NCBI GenBank assembly: GCA_964467905.1
Contig: CAYXSY010000002.1
Location: 13,545-77,544, forward strand
Direction: 5' to 3'
Length of the DNA stretch: 64,000 nucleotides
Source of the DNA: an uncultured Planctomycetales bacterium
GTDB taxonomy: Bacteria; Omnitrophota; Gorgyraeia; Gygaellales; Profunditerraquicolaceae
The translations under genes and the position numbers were made by a program. Below are positions 55,184-63,508 of the stretch, in pieces. Under the pieces are notes generated by a model. That model saw nothing but the letters and a program-made list of their open reading frames with translations, was not told the origin of the DNA and searched no databases. Position 1 is the stretch's first letter. Every line of letters begins with the position of its first letter.

Positions 55184-55312
55184 TCACTTAGCTGGCTTCT
55201 GAGGATTAGGCTTGCTGGGAGGAGGAGGCGGAGGCGGAGGTATAATTCCTTTTGTTGGCCTAGGGACACTAGGCGGAACTTTTCCTGTAGTACGCGACTT
55301 ATTTTCGCTCAT
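55184..55312 (-). CDS. 42-aa proline-rich peptide (below the ORF-track cutoff)
   Basis: MSENKSRTTGKVPPSVPRPTKGIIPPPPPPPPSKPNPQKPAK, with an AAAGGAGAG Shine-Dalgarno 7 nt upstream. Coding status is uncertain. Confidence 0.25.
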   Translation of the reverse strand: MSENKSRTTGKVPPSVPRPTKGIIPPPPPPPPSKPNPQKPAK

Positions 55313-55326
55313 CTTTTAGCTCTCCT

Positions 55327-55764
55327 TTATTTAAAAGGCAAATTTAAATAACTAAAAATAACCAAGGAAGCGACACCTAGAGTAAATAAAATAATGGATA
55401 AATAGTTACAGCACGTTGTCATGAATGAGAAATTATTCTGTTCTTTTTGCTTATCCTCCAACAATACTTTCTCGCATATCTCAACTTGTTTTCTAAAAGC
55501 TACCTGGCTCAATAAAAATGAGATTAATGTAGAGAGGGCGCTTAAAGAGAATAATAGCCAAGCAGACAGAATCCACCCACGTGTATCTACTCTTGGGTTA
55601 GGTGCAATTTGATTAATAAAAGCAATGGATATACCAAGCGCGCCGGCTGATAGCGTAAGAATTGCGCGATCAAAATGTTCATACATAGACTGTTCTGCTT
55701 TTATAAGATCTTTCCTCTCTTCTAAATATATCTTATATTCCTCATTTTCTAATTTTTCTGGCAT
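55327..55764 (-). CDS. membrane protein of unknown function (3 TM)
   Basis: Three hydrophobic helices after a charged N-terminus. Confidence 0.5.
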   Translation of the reverse strand: MPEKLENEEYKIYLEERKDLIKAEQSMYEHFDRAILTLSAGALGISIAFINQIAPNPRVDTRGWILSAWLLFSLSALSTLISFLLSQVAFRKQVEICEKVLLEDKQKEQNNFSFMTTCCNYLSIILFTLGVASLVIFSYLNLPFK

Positions 55765-55873
55765 AATCAGCTCCTTAGGATAACTTAATTAGTCTATTTA
55801 CTCCCTTTTAGTAATATTATAGCACTATTTAAAGCTATTTGAACCCCTTTATGTTTACCTCGCGCCAAACTTT

Positions 55874-58114
55874 CTATAACGTATACTTAACTATGCTTCC
55901 GATAAGCTTATTCCTTTCTTTTTCGTCAAACAAAAACTCATGGTTTGCGATTCTAGCAAGACCACCCCGTAGGAAGATTACGCTCTTTTTAAAAGGCAAC
56001 CTTAAAAATATGTTCTCTGAGATATAGTTCTTCTTGGCGGTATAAATAGAGCCTGCGCCTGTTCTTAGGCCATCAATCATGCCTTGTTGGGAAATTAGGG
56101 TATCCTTGGCCTGGTAGGTAGTCTGGCCGGTCTTACCGGACCAGAATTCAGCGTCTTTGGGATCTTCCTGCAAGAAAATAATCTTGGTTGCGGTATTGGT
56201 AAAGATAGCATTCTCGAATGCCGCTGATACGCTGGATAAATTTCCCCGAGATTGATTGGAGAGCACCAGACAAAAGTTAGCGCTCCTGACCTTGGAGATC
56301 ACATCTACAAAATGCGAACAGGCCAAATTCTGGAACTCATCGATGAAGACAAAGTATGGCGGATCAATCTCTTGCCTGACCACGGCCTGGGCTTTTAAAT
56401 CAATAATCAGCATCCTACCAATTGCTTCGGCTAGACGCGTATTCACTTGGCTTTTTAATGCAAAGAAGATGATGTCGCCGTTTTTAATCACTTTGGCTAA
56501 ATTAAGTTCGTCTTTATTCAGGGCATCCAGGCCAGCGATGCAGGAAATCGCCGCAAATAATCCCTTAACCTCTTGGCTGCTTACATTCAGCGCCTCGAGA
56601 AAATATGGGTCCTCAAGGGCGTTTCTAACCGTAAAGAAATTTATCTCTTTTTTCTCATCGGTCATTTCCTTTAATAAATCTACAAAAGCCATGGTCTGGA
56701 CATTGGAGTAAAAGCCTGCCGGGCCGTGGTAAACCAGCTCTAATGCGTTCATAATCCGGTCTACCTTGGAATGGATATCTCCCGAAGACAGCGGATTATA
56801 TCCTATCGATGACTCATCCGGGTCAATGCTGAAATAATAGAATTTCTTACCCTTTTCCCCGGCTTTTTGCTGGACGTATTTCTTAAATACTTCATCCCCC
56901 TTAAAATCTACGAAACAGCATCCCCTGCCTTTTTCTATTGCCTGCTTGGCCAAAGGCAGAATTATCAACGACGTCTTGCCGCTTCCGGTAGGCCCTAAGA
57001 CGTGCAGATGATGGCTAAGCATTTTTTCTTCTGCTACAATATCGCCTTTATCATCGCCCAAGCCAAGGAAATATTTATCGGTGTTGGTGTAGCGCGCTAT
57101 TTTTTTATTAATATCGTAGCTGGCCTTCTTAAATTCGACGGTTTCGATAGAGAGTTCTTTCTTTTTCTCAAGGTCCTTATCTATCTTGTAGAAATCTTCC
57201 AGCTTACGCCTCTGGCGTGGCAGGACGTGCCGGGTGAAGTAAATATACCCGAGATAACCAAGCAGGATAACCGATAAAACCAAAGCCAAAACCAAAAACC
57301 ACCTGCCTTCTTTTAAAATAAACCCGTGCCAGAAGCTCCACTGGATAACCTGCCAGCCTTCATTACTGAAGGCTAGACTCGGGTCATGAAAACCGATCCT
57401 GCCGAACCAATAGCTGAATACCCAAAGCAGATAATAACCCCAAAGTTTAATGCTCTTTAACTGATAAGCGATAAACAAAACCGATAGACCGAATAACCCC
57501 AAGATATCATTAGGTATTAAGCCACGGGAAAATACCCGCCCCATCCTTGAGGATAAAAGTACAGTCTCAGAGTAAAGCCAGGGGTATTTTTGCTCTATCT
57601 TTGCCGGAAACAGATAATCTTTGAGCTTTTTTAGATCCTCTGTACGATTGGTGTTTTTTAAGAAATCAGAGAATTGGTCGATAGTTAAAAAACCTATGTT
57701 TTTACCCGGCTCTTTAAGCTGGCGACAAGCAACCTGAGAATATCTGCCGGTAAGCAAAAAGGTCTTTTTCCAACCGTAAGGATTGGTTTTCATATAGGCA
57801 GGCGGAAACTCAAAAAACCAGGTTTCCGGCAGGACAAAATAGCCGTGTATTTTTAAAGGGGTTGAGTCTTTGTCAGCATCCTTTGGCTGCCCTGGCGGCA
57901 CAACCATTACCAAGGCATCGGTTCCGAAGGTCTCCTTTAAGGATGAGCCCAAAAGATGCGTTTTCATTACTGCCGGGATATCCTGATACGAGCCGAAAGT
58001 AATAAATTCAGTCCCGTAATGAACCCCTACCCACCAGCCAAAGCCGATGTAAATAAGCGGAATTGCGATTAAAAACCGCCAACAAAGAGTACCGAAACTA
58101 ACATTCTTCTCCAT
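55874..58114 (-). CDS. type IV coupling protein-like ATPase (VirD4/TraD/TraG family)
   Basis: N-terminal polytopic membrane domain, Walker A VLGPTGSGKTS, Walker B YFVFIDEFQNL, and a LVLSNQS sensor-like motif. Confidence 0.8.
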   Translation of the reverse strand: MEKNVSFGTLCWRFLIAIPLIYIGFGWWVGVHYGTEFITFGSYQDIPAVMKTHLLGSSLKETFGTDALVMVVPPGQPKDADKDSTPLKIHGYFVLPETWFFEFPPAYMKTNPYGWKKTFLLTGRYSQVACRQLKEPGKNIGFLTIDQFSDFLKNTNRTEDLKKLKDYLFPAKIEQKYPWLYSETVLLSSRMGRVFSRGLIPNDILGLFGLSVLFIAYQLKSIKLWGYYLLWVFSYWFGRIGFHDPSLAFSNEGWQVIQWSFWHGFILKEGRWFLVLALVLSVILLGYLGYIYFTRHVLPRQRRKLEDFYKIDKDLEKKKELSIETVEFKKASYDINKKIARYTNTDKYFLGLGDDKGDIVAEEKMLSHHLHVLGPTGSGKTSLIILPLAKQAIEKGRGCCFVDFKGDEVFKKYVQQKAGEKGKKFYYFSIDPDESSIGYNPLSSGDIHSKVDRIMNALELVYHGPAGFYSNVQTMAFVDLLKEMTDEKKEINFFTVRNALEDPYFLEALNVSSQEVKGLFAAISCIAGLDALNKDELNLAKVIKNGDIIFFALKSQVNTRLAEAIGRMLIIDLKAQAVVRQEIDPPYFVFIDEFQNLACSHFVDVISKVRSANFCLVLSNQSRGNLSSVSAAFENAIFTNTATKIIFLQEDPKDAEFWSGKTGQTTYQAKDTLISQQGMIDGLRTGAGSIYTAKKNYISENIFLRLPFKKSVIFLRGGLARIANHEFLFDEKERNKLIGSIVKYTL

Positions 58115-58868
58115 CGTTATCCCTCCCGATTCGGTTAATTGCTTCGGTTATTAAACATACCTCGCCTTGATAAAAACAGCCCCCTTGGGCTAACAAATCA
58201 AAGCTGGTCAGAATAAATTTTCTTTCAAAAAGATCCGGGGCGATAATCTGAAATTTCTCCTTTAGATACTCGTAGTAGGTCTTTGAAGCAGCGATAACTA
58301 ATGCGCCCGAGTACTTGGAAATCTTGTCAATGTCGTACTTGTAAAAGCCGGCCAAGCGTTTAAGGATTTTTAGGTTCTTGGGAGTGGTTTCTATCTCCAA
58401 GGCTAGATGCTGACCGCTGGCAAGCTTAAGCAAGCCGTCAGGCACCTTATATTGTTTGCGTGCGCCGGTCCTTAAAACCCCTTCCGGAATCCACTCTTTT
58501 ATCTCTAGGCATCGCCTAAGCAGAAAATAGCTCTCTACCAGGGCATTGTGATGCTGAAAAGTATTAATCCCGGCGTGAGTTTTTTCAAAGCGGTAATTGC
58601 CGATTAATGGCTCATCGGGCGAAAGAAAATCCTTGGCCTTCTGGGTTAGATAATAAATCTTGGCCTTAACTGAAAGCTCCTTATAAACGCTGATATAGCC
58701 GTCTTTAACAGTGTTATCTATCAACCATTGGGTTGAATTGATTTTGATAACCTCTTTAATGGAGGTGATTAAATGGCTCCTTAAGGCATATCTAAACATA
58801 TAAATAAAACGCAGCAATAGCTTAAGCCGCCTGTCGTGTTCTTCCTGGGTAAGTCTGCCTGTTTTCAT
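58098..58868 (-). CDS. hypothetical protein, possibly replication-relaxation family
   Basis: The call rests on position (overlaps the coupling-protein start), size, and an N-terminal wHTH-like segment. It is weak and based on context only. Confidence 0.35.
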   Translation of the reverse strand: MKTGRLTQEEHDRRLKLLLRFIYMFRYALRSHLITSIKEVIKINSTQWLIDNTVKDGYISVYKELSVKAKIYYLTQKAKDFLSPDEPLIGNYRFEKTHAGINTFQHHNALVESYFLLRRCLEIKEWIPEGVLRTGARKQYKVPDGLLKLASGQHLALEIETTPKNLKILKRLAGFYKYDIDKISKYSGALVIAASKTYYEYLKEKFQIIAPDLFERKFILTSFDLLAQGGCFYQGEVCLITEAINRIGRDNDGEEC

Positions 58869-58890
58869 ATCAAGCTATCCTCCTGTTTTT

Positions 58891-59027
58891 GCCTTTTTGC
58901 TTTTGGCTGCTTCAGGCGGCTGGGCTGGGTGATTTTCGCTTAATACATGCGGTTGCCTTCGCGAAGGAAGTTGTAGAAGAGGGCGAAGGCAGACCGCAAA
59001 AAGCAGCTTTAAGTGCTTGGGAGCAAA
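58891..59027. repeat. right copy of the 137-bp inverted repeat
   Basis: See 55019-55155. Confidence 0.95.
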
Positions 59028-59125
59028 GTAAATATTTAAAATTCGGTTTTCTCAATGAGTAAAAACTTAACTTATACGGCATAATAAGTTCCGTATAAGT
59101 TAAAATATCAAATACTCCTAGCTGC

Positions 59126-59707
59126 TTAAGCATTAATAACCACTCCTTCCAACATCTCTTTTACTACCTGCGGGTCAAAGCCTTTATCTACCAAGAAGCT
59201 GCTTGTTTTAGCCACGCCATTGACCCTAGCCCAGGCACGGATGTCCTTCTTTTGTTCCTCGGTAAAAGAAAAATTTTCGGGCGTATTGTTAATTTCATGC
59301 TTAATTACCTCCTTTATATTAAGGGTCCCATTTTGGGATGCTTTCAACACCGGATTGGCACCCTTTAGCGCCAAATTGGCACCCTTTGCGTCCGGGCCAA
59401 AGGGTCCCATTTTGGCATTCTTTCGAAGATTATCAAAACATCCCAATCTGGTATCCTTTAGCAGTATCCAATAGCGCGTAGGCGAACCCTTATGCTTACC
59501 GATCTGGTAATCTATTCTGCCTGCTGTTTTCAAGTAAATGCGCGCCCTTTGAATGGTGTTATCGCCAAGGTCTAAATAATCTTTTAGGTTCTTGTCAATG
59601 CAATAAAATGAGCCATCTGTTGCTAGCATTCTGCGTTCAGAGAAATATTTGTATTTCCCCTGTAACGCGATAAAAACTAACTTTGCTGCCGGTGTCATAC
59701 TCTTCAT
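59126..59707 (-). CDS. hypothetical protein with an N-terminal wHTH-like domain (possible replication or regulatory protein)
   Basis: GGGAGG Shine-Dalgarno. AKLVFIALQGKY...LGDNTIQRARIYLKTAGRI resembles HTH_36/DnaD-type wHTH domains. Iteron-like DNA repeats lie inside the gene. Confidence 0.4.
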   Translation of the reverse strand: MKSMTPAAKLVFIALQGKYKYFSERRMLATDGSFYCIDKNLKDYLDLGDNTIQRARIYLKTAGRIDYQIGKHKGSPTRYWILLKDTRLGCFDNLRKNAKMGPFGPDAKGANLALKGANPVLKASQNGTLNIKEVIKHEINNTPENFSFTEEQKKDIRAWARVNGVAKTSSFLVDKGFDPQVVKEMLEGVVINA

Positions 59708-59858
59708 TTTGCCTCCCGTTTTGAAACGCGATTTTGAGACTATATGAGACTATAACTTTTAAAAGGGCATAAAATCTGCCAAAAGCACCTAAAAGCCCCT
59801 AACAAACAAAAAAAGCGTAACTGCTTCAAAAATGAAGTAATTACGCTTAAATATAATG

Positions 59859-59884
59859 AAAAAGCGGGGTTACGAAAACCCCGC
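59859..59884 (-). terminator. rho-independent terminator just inside the element, immediately 3' of tRNA-Phe
   Basis: The minus strand reads GCGGGGttttcgtaaCCCCGC followed by TTTTT. Confidence 0.6.
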
Positions 59885-59890
59885 TTTTCT

Positions 59891-59910
59891 ATATGGTGCC
59901 GAGGGAGGGA
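59891..59910. repeat. proximal att direct repeat (3' end of tRNA-Phe)
   Basis: Identical to 27023-27042. Confidence 0.9.
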
Positions 59911-59968
59911 ATCGGACCCCCCACGCCGGCCTTTTCAGGGCCGCGCTCTACCACTGAGCTACCTCGGC
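59894..59968 (-). tRNA. tRNA-Phe (anticodon GAA), CCA encoded
   Basis: The minus strand reads GCCGAGGTAGCTCAGTGGTAGAGCGCGGCCCTGAAAAGGCCGGCGTGGGGGGTCCGATTCCCTCCCTCGGCACCA. This folds as a cloverleaf with anticodon loop CTGAAAA. The T-loop reads TCCGATT. Confidence 0.9.
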
Positions 59969-60050
59969 AAATCTAATTTTAACTCTAAGCTACTTGTTCT
60001 GAAGGTTATATTTTACACGATTTTGGGAAAAATTAAAGCAAATTTATCAG

Positions 60051-60434
60051 CTAGCGCGCTTCTTCCATAATCTTAACAAACATATCCTGGGCCAGGCTAA
60101 TATTAGGCATATGGTATTTACGCGCAGAGACTCTCAGACGCGTTGTCGCTCTTGTCAAATTAAACAACCTTATATAAACCCGGCTCGACTCTGCTTCCAG
60201 CTCTATTGTACCTTTCGTATAATTTTCCTGCTTTATTGTGCCCCGAATCTTGCCTACCCTTAATGCTGCATTCCATATTGAATCATATGTCTTATCGGTC
60301 TCCCCCTGCACTGTATCCTTACTGACCGCATATACCGCCACTCCTCCTACGGTAGCACCCACAATCAAAGGAACACACCCCGCAGTATTACATATAAAAA
60401 CAAATGCCAGAATATAACACGCTATCCTTCTCAT
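60051..60434 (-). CDS. lipoprotein of unknown function
   Basis: Lipobox NTAGC followed by a Gly-rich segment. It directly abuts the transporter stop. Confidence 0.6.
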   Translation of the reverse strand: MRRIACYILAFVFICNTAGCVPLIVGATVGGVAVYAVSKDTVQGETDKTYDSIWNAALRVGKIRGTIKQENYTKGTIELEAESSRVYIRLFNLTRATTRLRVSARKYHMPNISLAQDMFVKIMEEAR

Positions 60435-61994
60435 TTAAAGCACCTTTCTTCTTTTCTTGCGCCAGGCGATTTTAACCATTAACGCCAAAATACCAAAAAT
60501 CAATACAAGTCCTAATCTGGTAAACAAAACAAACGGCCTGTCGGAGACAGAAACATTTTTCATAAATATTATCGGCAGCCACTCCTGATAAAACCATGCT
60601 CCCAATATAATAAACAAAAATAAAGGAGTAATATATTTAATGATAAACTTATATATTCCCGGTATGCGCATATCCGCACCCTTATGTATCTCATCCCAGG
60701 CCTTCTCCATACCAAAAACCCAGGCAAACAATATCGTCTCTATAGTAGCAAAAACTACCAAGAAAAATGTTCCGCCCCAGAAATCAAGCTCATTTACAAC
60801 GCCATTCTTTAAAAAGAATACCGCCGACTGACATAACAGAAACGATACAACGGCAAAAATGGTTACTGCTTTCTTACGGGAAATATTAAACTCATCCTCC
60901 AGGAAAGCTACTGCCGGCTGTGCCAGCGATACCGAAGAAGTTACGCCAGCCAGGAATAAAAGGAAGAACCAGCAAAAGCCCATAATCTGCGGCAGAGGCA
61001 TTTTATTAAGCACAAGCGGCATAGTAACAAAACCTAAGTTAAAAACACCTGATCTGGCGATATCTTGCATTTGAGCCGGGCCAAAGAATACAAAGGCTGC
61101 CGGTATTATAATGCTCCCGCCTAAGATAATCTCGGCAAATTCATTTGTACTGGATGCAGTAAGCCCGGATAGAGCCACGTCATCGCCTTTAGATAAATAA
61201 CTGGCGTAGGTAAGAATAACGCCTATCCCGACGCTTAAGGTAAAGAATATCTGCCCTGCTGCTTCAAGCCATACCTTAGCGGATTTCAATGCAGAGAAAT
61301 CCGGATTCCATAAAAAACCTAAGCCGCCGAATATATTCCATTCCGGATGTTCTGCCACGGGAGAACCCAAAGTTAATACGCGAACCAGCAATATAAAACC
61401 GAAAATAAATAAAAGCGGCATAGCCCATTTGCAAAATTTCTCTATCCCGCCTTTAATACCATGATAAATAACTACGGTATTAATAATAAATGTTGCAATG
61501 AAAAAAGCATAGGCCGTACCTATGCCCGAGAAATAAACATTCTTTTCAACCCCCTGGAAGCCGCTCAAAAAACTGCCCATGCTAGCCTGATCGACGACAG
61601 AAGAATACTTTCCGGTAAGCGCAAAGAAACTATAAGCTAATGTCCAGGATTCTATAAAAGTATAATAAATAAAGATTACCAACGGGCCGAAAATCCCGAT
61701 TACTCCGAAATATTTTATAAAACGGTTTTTCTGCCATATGCTATGGAATATACCGGGGGCTGTACCATGTTCAAACCCTCCCCCGTAACGGCCCAAGGTC
61801 CATTCAATCCACATAAGCGGTATGCCAAGCAGAAAAAGCGAGATAAAATACGGTATCATAAAAGCGCCGCCGCCGTTTGAAGCAACCTTGGCAGGAAAAC
61901 GTAAAAAATTGCCCAAACCGATAGCCGAACCGGCTACCGCCATGATAATCCCCAAACGCGAACCCCAGCTATCTCTTTTCTTTTGCTTGTTCAT
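60435..61994 (-). CDS. sodium-dependent transporter, NSS/SNF family
   Basis: WGSRLGIIMAVAGSAIGLGNFLRFP is the NSS TM1 signature, and there are ~12 TM helices. I prefer the start at M6 of the track ORF. Confidence 0.9.
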   Translation of the reverse strand: MNKQKKRDSWGSRLGIIMAVAGSAIGLGNFLRFPAKVASNGGGAFMIPYFISLFLLGIPLMWIEWTLGRYGGGFEHGTAPGIFHSIWQKNRFIKYFGVIGIFGPLVIFIYYTFIESWTLAYSFFALTGKYSSVVDQASMGSFLSGFQGVEKNVYFSGIGTAYAFFIATFIINTVVIYHGIKGGIEKFCKWAMPLLFIFGFILLVRVLTLGSPVAEHPEWNIFGGLGFLWNPDFSALKSAKVWLEAAGQIFFTLSVGIGVILTYASYLSKGDDVALSGLTASSTNEFAEIILGGSIIIPAAFVFFGPAQMQDIARSGVFNLGFVTMPLVLNKMPLPQIMGFCWFFLLFLAGVTSSVSLAQPAVAFLEDEFNISRKKAVTIFAVVSFLLCQSAVFFLKNGVVNELDFWGGTFFLVVFATIETILFAWVFGMEKAWDEIHKGADMRIPGIYKFIIKYITPLFLFIILGAWFYQEWLPIIFMKNVSVSDRPFVLFTRLGLVLIFGILALMVKIAWRKKRRKVL

Positions 61995-62439
61995 AAAACC
62001 AATTTTCAAGGATACCCAGAGTATTTGCGACTTCCCGGCTTAACTTGTCCCCGAAAACAGTAACTTTCGGTTGAATGGCCAAAATTATTATATCCGCCTT
62101 GATATGGGTTTGCAAATAGTTTATGGACATAGAAAGCGAGGTGTCATGCGTAGAGTAAAAACCTACCGTTGCCAGCTCATTCGTGCCTATCTCCCTGAAT
62201 TCACCCGGATTCCCTCCAAAATCAGCGGCATCAATTATGATTATACTCTCCGGATCCTCTTTAATAAACCTGCCTAAATAATTCTCAAAAGCAGTCTCAA
62301 CATCGAATACGGAATAAATACCTTTAGACTTTAGGCGCCCTGCCAGTATTGAACCTGCCCCATCGTCGCTGCGAAGTCTATTACCCAAACCTACAATAAG
62401 AACCCTGCGGTCAAGATAGGGTATAAGACGCTTTAACAT
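61969..62439 (-). CDS. hydrogenase maturation protease (HyaD/HybD/FrhD family)
   Basis: VLIVGLGNRLRSDDGAGS and ...IIIDAADFG...HD... motifs. Confidence 0.8.
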   Translation of the reverse strand: MLKRLIPYLDRRVLIVGLGNRLRSDDGAGSILAGRLKSKGIYSVFDVETAFENYLGRFIKEDPESIIIIDAADFGGNPGEFREIGTNELATVGFYSTHDTSLSMSINYLQTHIKADIIILAIQPKVTVFGDKLSREVANTLGILENWFYEQAKEKR

Positions 62440-62443
62440 ACAA

Positions 62444-62677
62444 TTACATTTTAGCAGTTGCTTCTTTAATCAACGGCAATATCCCCTCTATCTCTTCCTT
62501 GGATAATCTGCCTAAGCGGGCATAAATAAAATTACCCGAGCGGTCCTTTATTTCTCTGGTAATCTGCAGTTTCTTAGCACCCTTATTATAAGAATGCACG
62601 CTCACTACAATCTTCCCCTCTTCTGCTTCCCATTCCTTAGAAAATACCAACTCATCAAGATTTGTATCGTATGGCAT
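62444..62677 (-). CDS. small protein, possibly PC4/YdbC-like
   Basis: The size and a beta-rich pattern (KIVVSVHSYNKGAKKLQITRE...RLGRLSKEE) suggest it. Tentative. Confidence 0.35.
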   Translation of the reverse strand: MPYDTNLDELVFSKEWEAEEGKIVVSVHSYNKGAKKLQITREIKDRSGNFIYARLGRLSKEEIEGILPLIKEATAKM

Positions 62678-62751
62678 TTGTTTCCTCCTTTCAATGAGCC
62701 CGTAACCTATAGAAGTCCGCCGCAGGCGGACGACATAAGCTATTCGGGTGG

Positions 62752-63057
62752 TTAAAACTTCTTCCCGTGCCTGTATGGACGAGTTTTATTGTACTCTATC
62801 TTTTTAAGCAGGGCTTCTTTTAAATCAATTTTACGTGCCCCGCAATAATCGAATATCCTGATACAACAATCAGCTAACTCTTCGGCAATATCTTCTCTCT
62901 TGCCGTGGTTACGCATTGCCTCCAGCGCTTCAGAAAGTTCTGAATGCATCAGCGCGATAAGCTCCCCCTCGTTACGCTCACTATCCCACCAGCCTTTTTC
63001 TTTAGCAATACGGTGACATTCTTCTATAAGATAACCTATATCGTTGTTATTTGACAT
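62752..63057 (-). CDS. MazG-like nucleoside triphosphate pyrophosphohydrolase
   Basis: ELSEALEA ... EELADCCIRIFDY is the EExxE/D metal-binding helix pair. I prefer the start at MSNNND. Confidence 0.8.
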   Translation of the reverse strand: MSNNNDIGYLIEECHRIAKEKGWWDSERNEGELIALMHSELSEALEAMRNHGKREDIAEELADCCIRIFDYCGARKIDLKEALLKKIEYNKTRPYRHGKKF

Positions 63058-63496
63058 CTTCCTGAATCTCCTCTTTAGGTGGTGCAATGGCTAATTCCAA
63101 TTTAGTAAATAATTTGTTCGCTATGATGTCGCGCTGATAGCTGCTGGGAGAAGAAACCTCAAGCCTTGTATTCTCCTGGTCTATCCTTGTTAAAAACACG
63201 CCCACAACAGTCGTATCTGCACGGGAAACATAGAAAGCAATTAAACCTTTTGTCTTATCTGAAGAATAAATATAACAACCGATTTCCTTAAGTAAATTTT
63301 CTGTCTTGGTATAGCACTCATCGAGCCCGATAGGAAAAACTTTCTTCAGGGCTAAATCACGCGAGCTTTCTATTTCTTTCGTAGATACGCCAAGCAAACC
63401 TTTTACATGCCCTTTCATACTAACACAACCCGAGAAAGAAATAACACAAAATACAAAAACTGCTAGATATAATATCTTCCTGTTATTTAAAAACAT
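63047..63496 (-). CDS. lipoprotein of unknown function
   Basis: Signal peptide with lipobox FSGC. Confidence 0.6.
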   Translation of the reverse strand: MFLNNRKILYLAVFVFCVISFSGCVSMKGHVKGLLGVSTKEIESSRDLALKKVFPIGLDECYTKTENLLKEIGCYIYSSDKTKGLIAFYVSRADTTVVGVFLTRIDQENTRLEVSSPSSYQRDIIANKLFTKLELAIAPPKEEIQEDVK

Positions 63497-63508
63497 ATAC
63501 CTGCCTCC

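Larger units (their letters stand above)
27023..59910. mobile_element. ~32.9-kb integrative (probably mobilizable) element inserted in the 3' end of tRNA-Phe
   Basis: A perfect 20-bp direct repeat sits at both ends. A tyrosine integrase and excisionase lie at one end, and an intact tRNA-Phe at the other. Internally there is a VirD4/TraD-like coupling ATPase and a replication-relaxation-like gene, but no VirB4-type or other mating-pore genes. Confidence 0.8.

Noticed and set aside
54974-55187. ORFs at 54974-55168 (+) and 54987-55187 (-), and their mirror image at 58912-59133 (-).
   Set aside because: They are generated by the 137-bp inverted repeat and share sequence only because of it. They show no start context or recognisable protein features.
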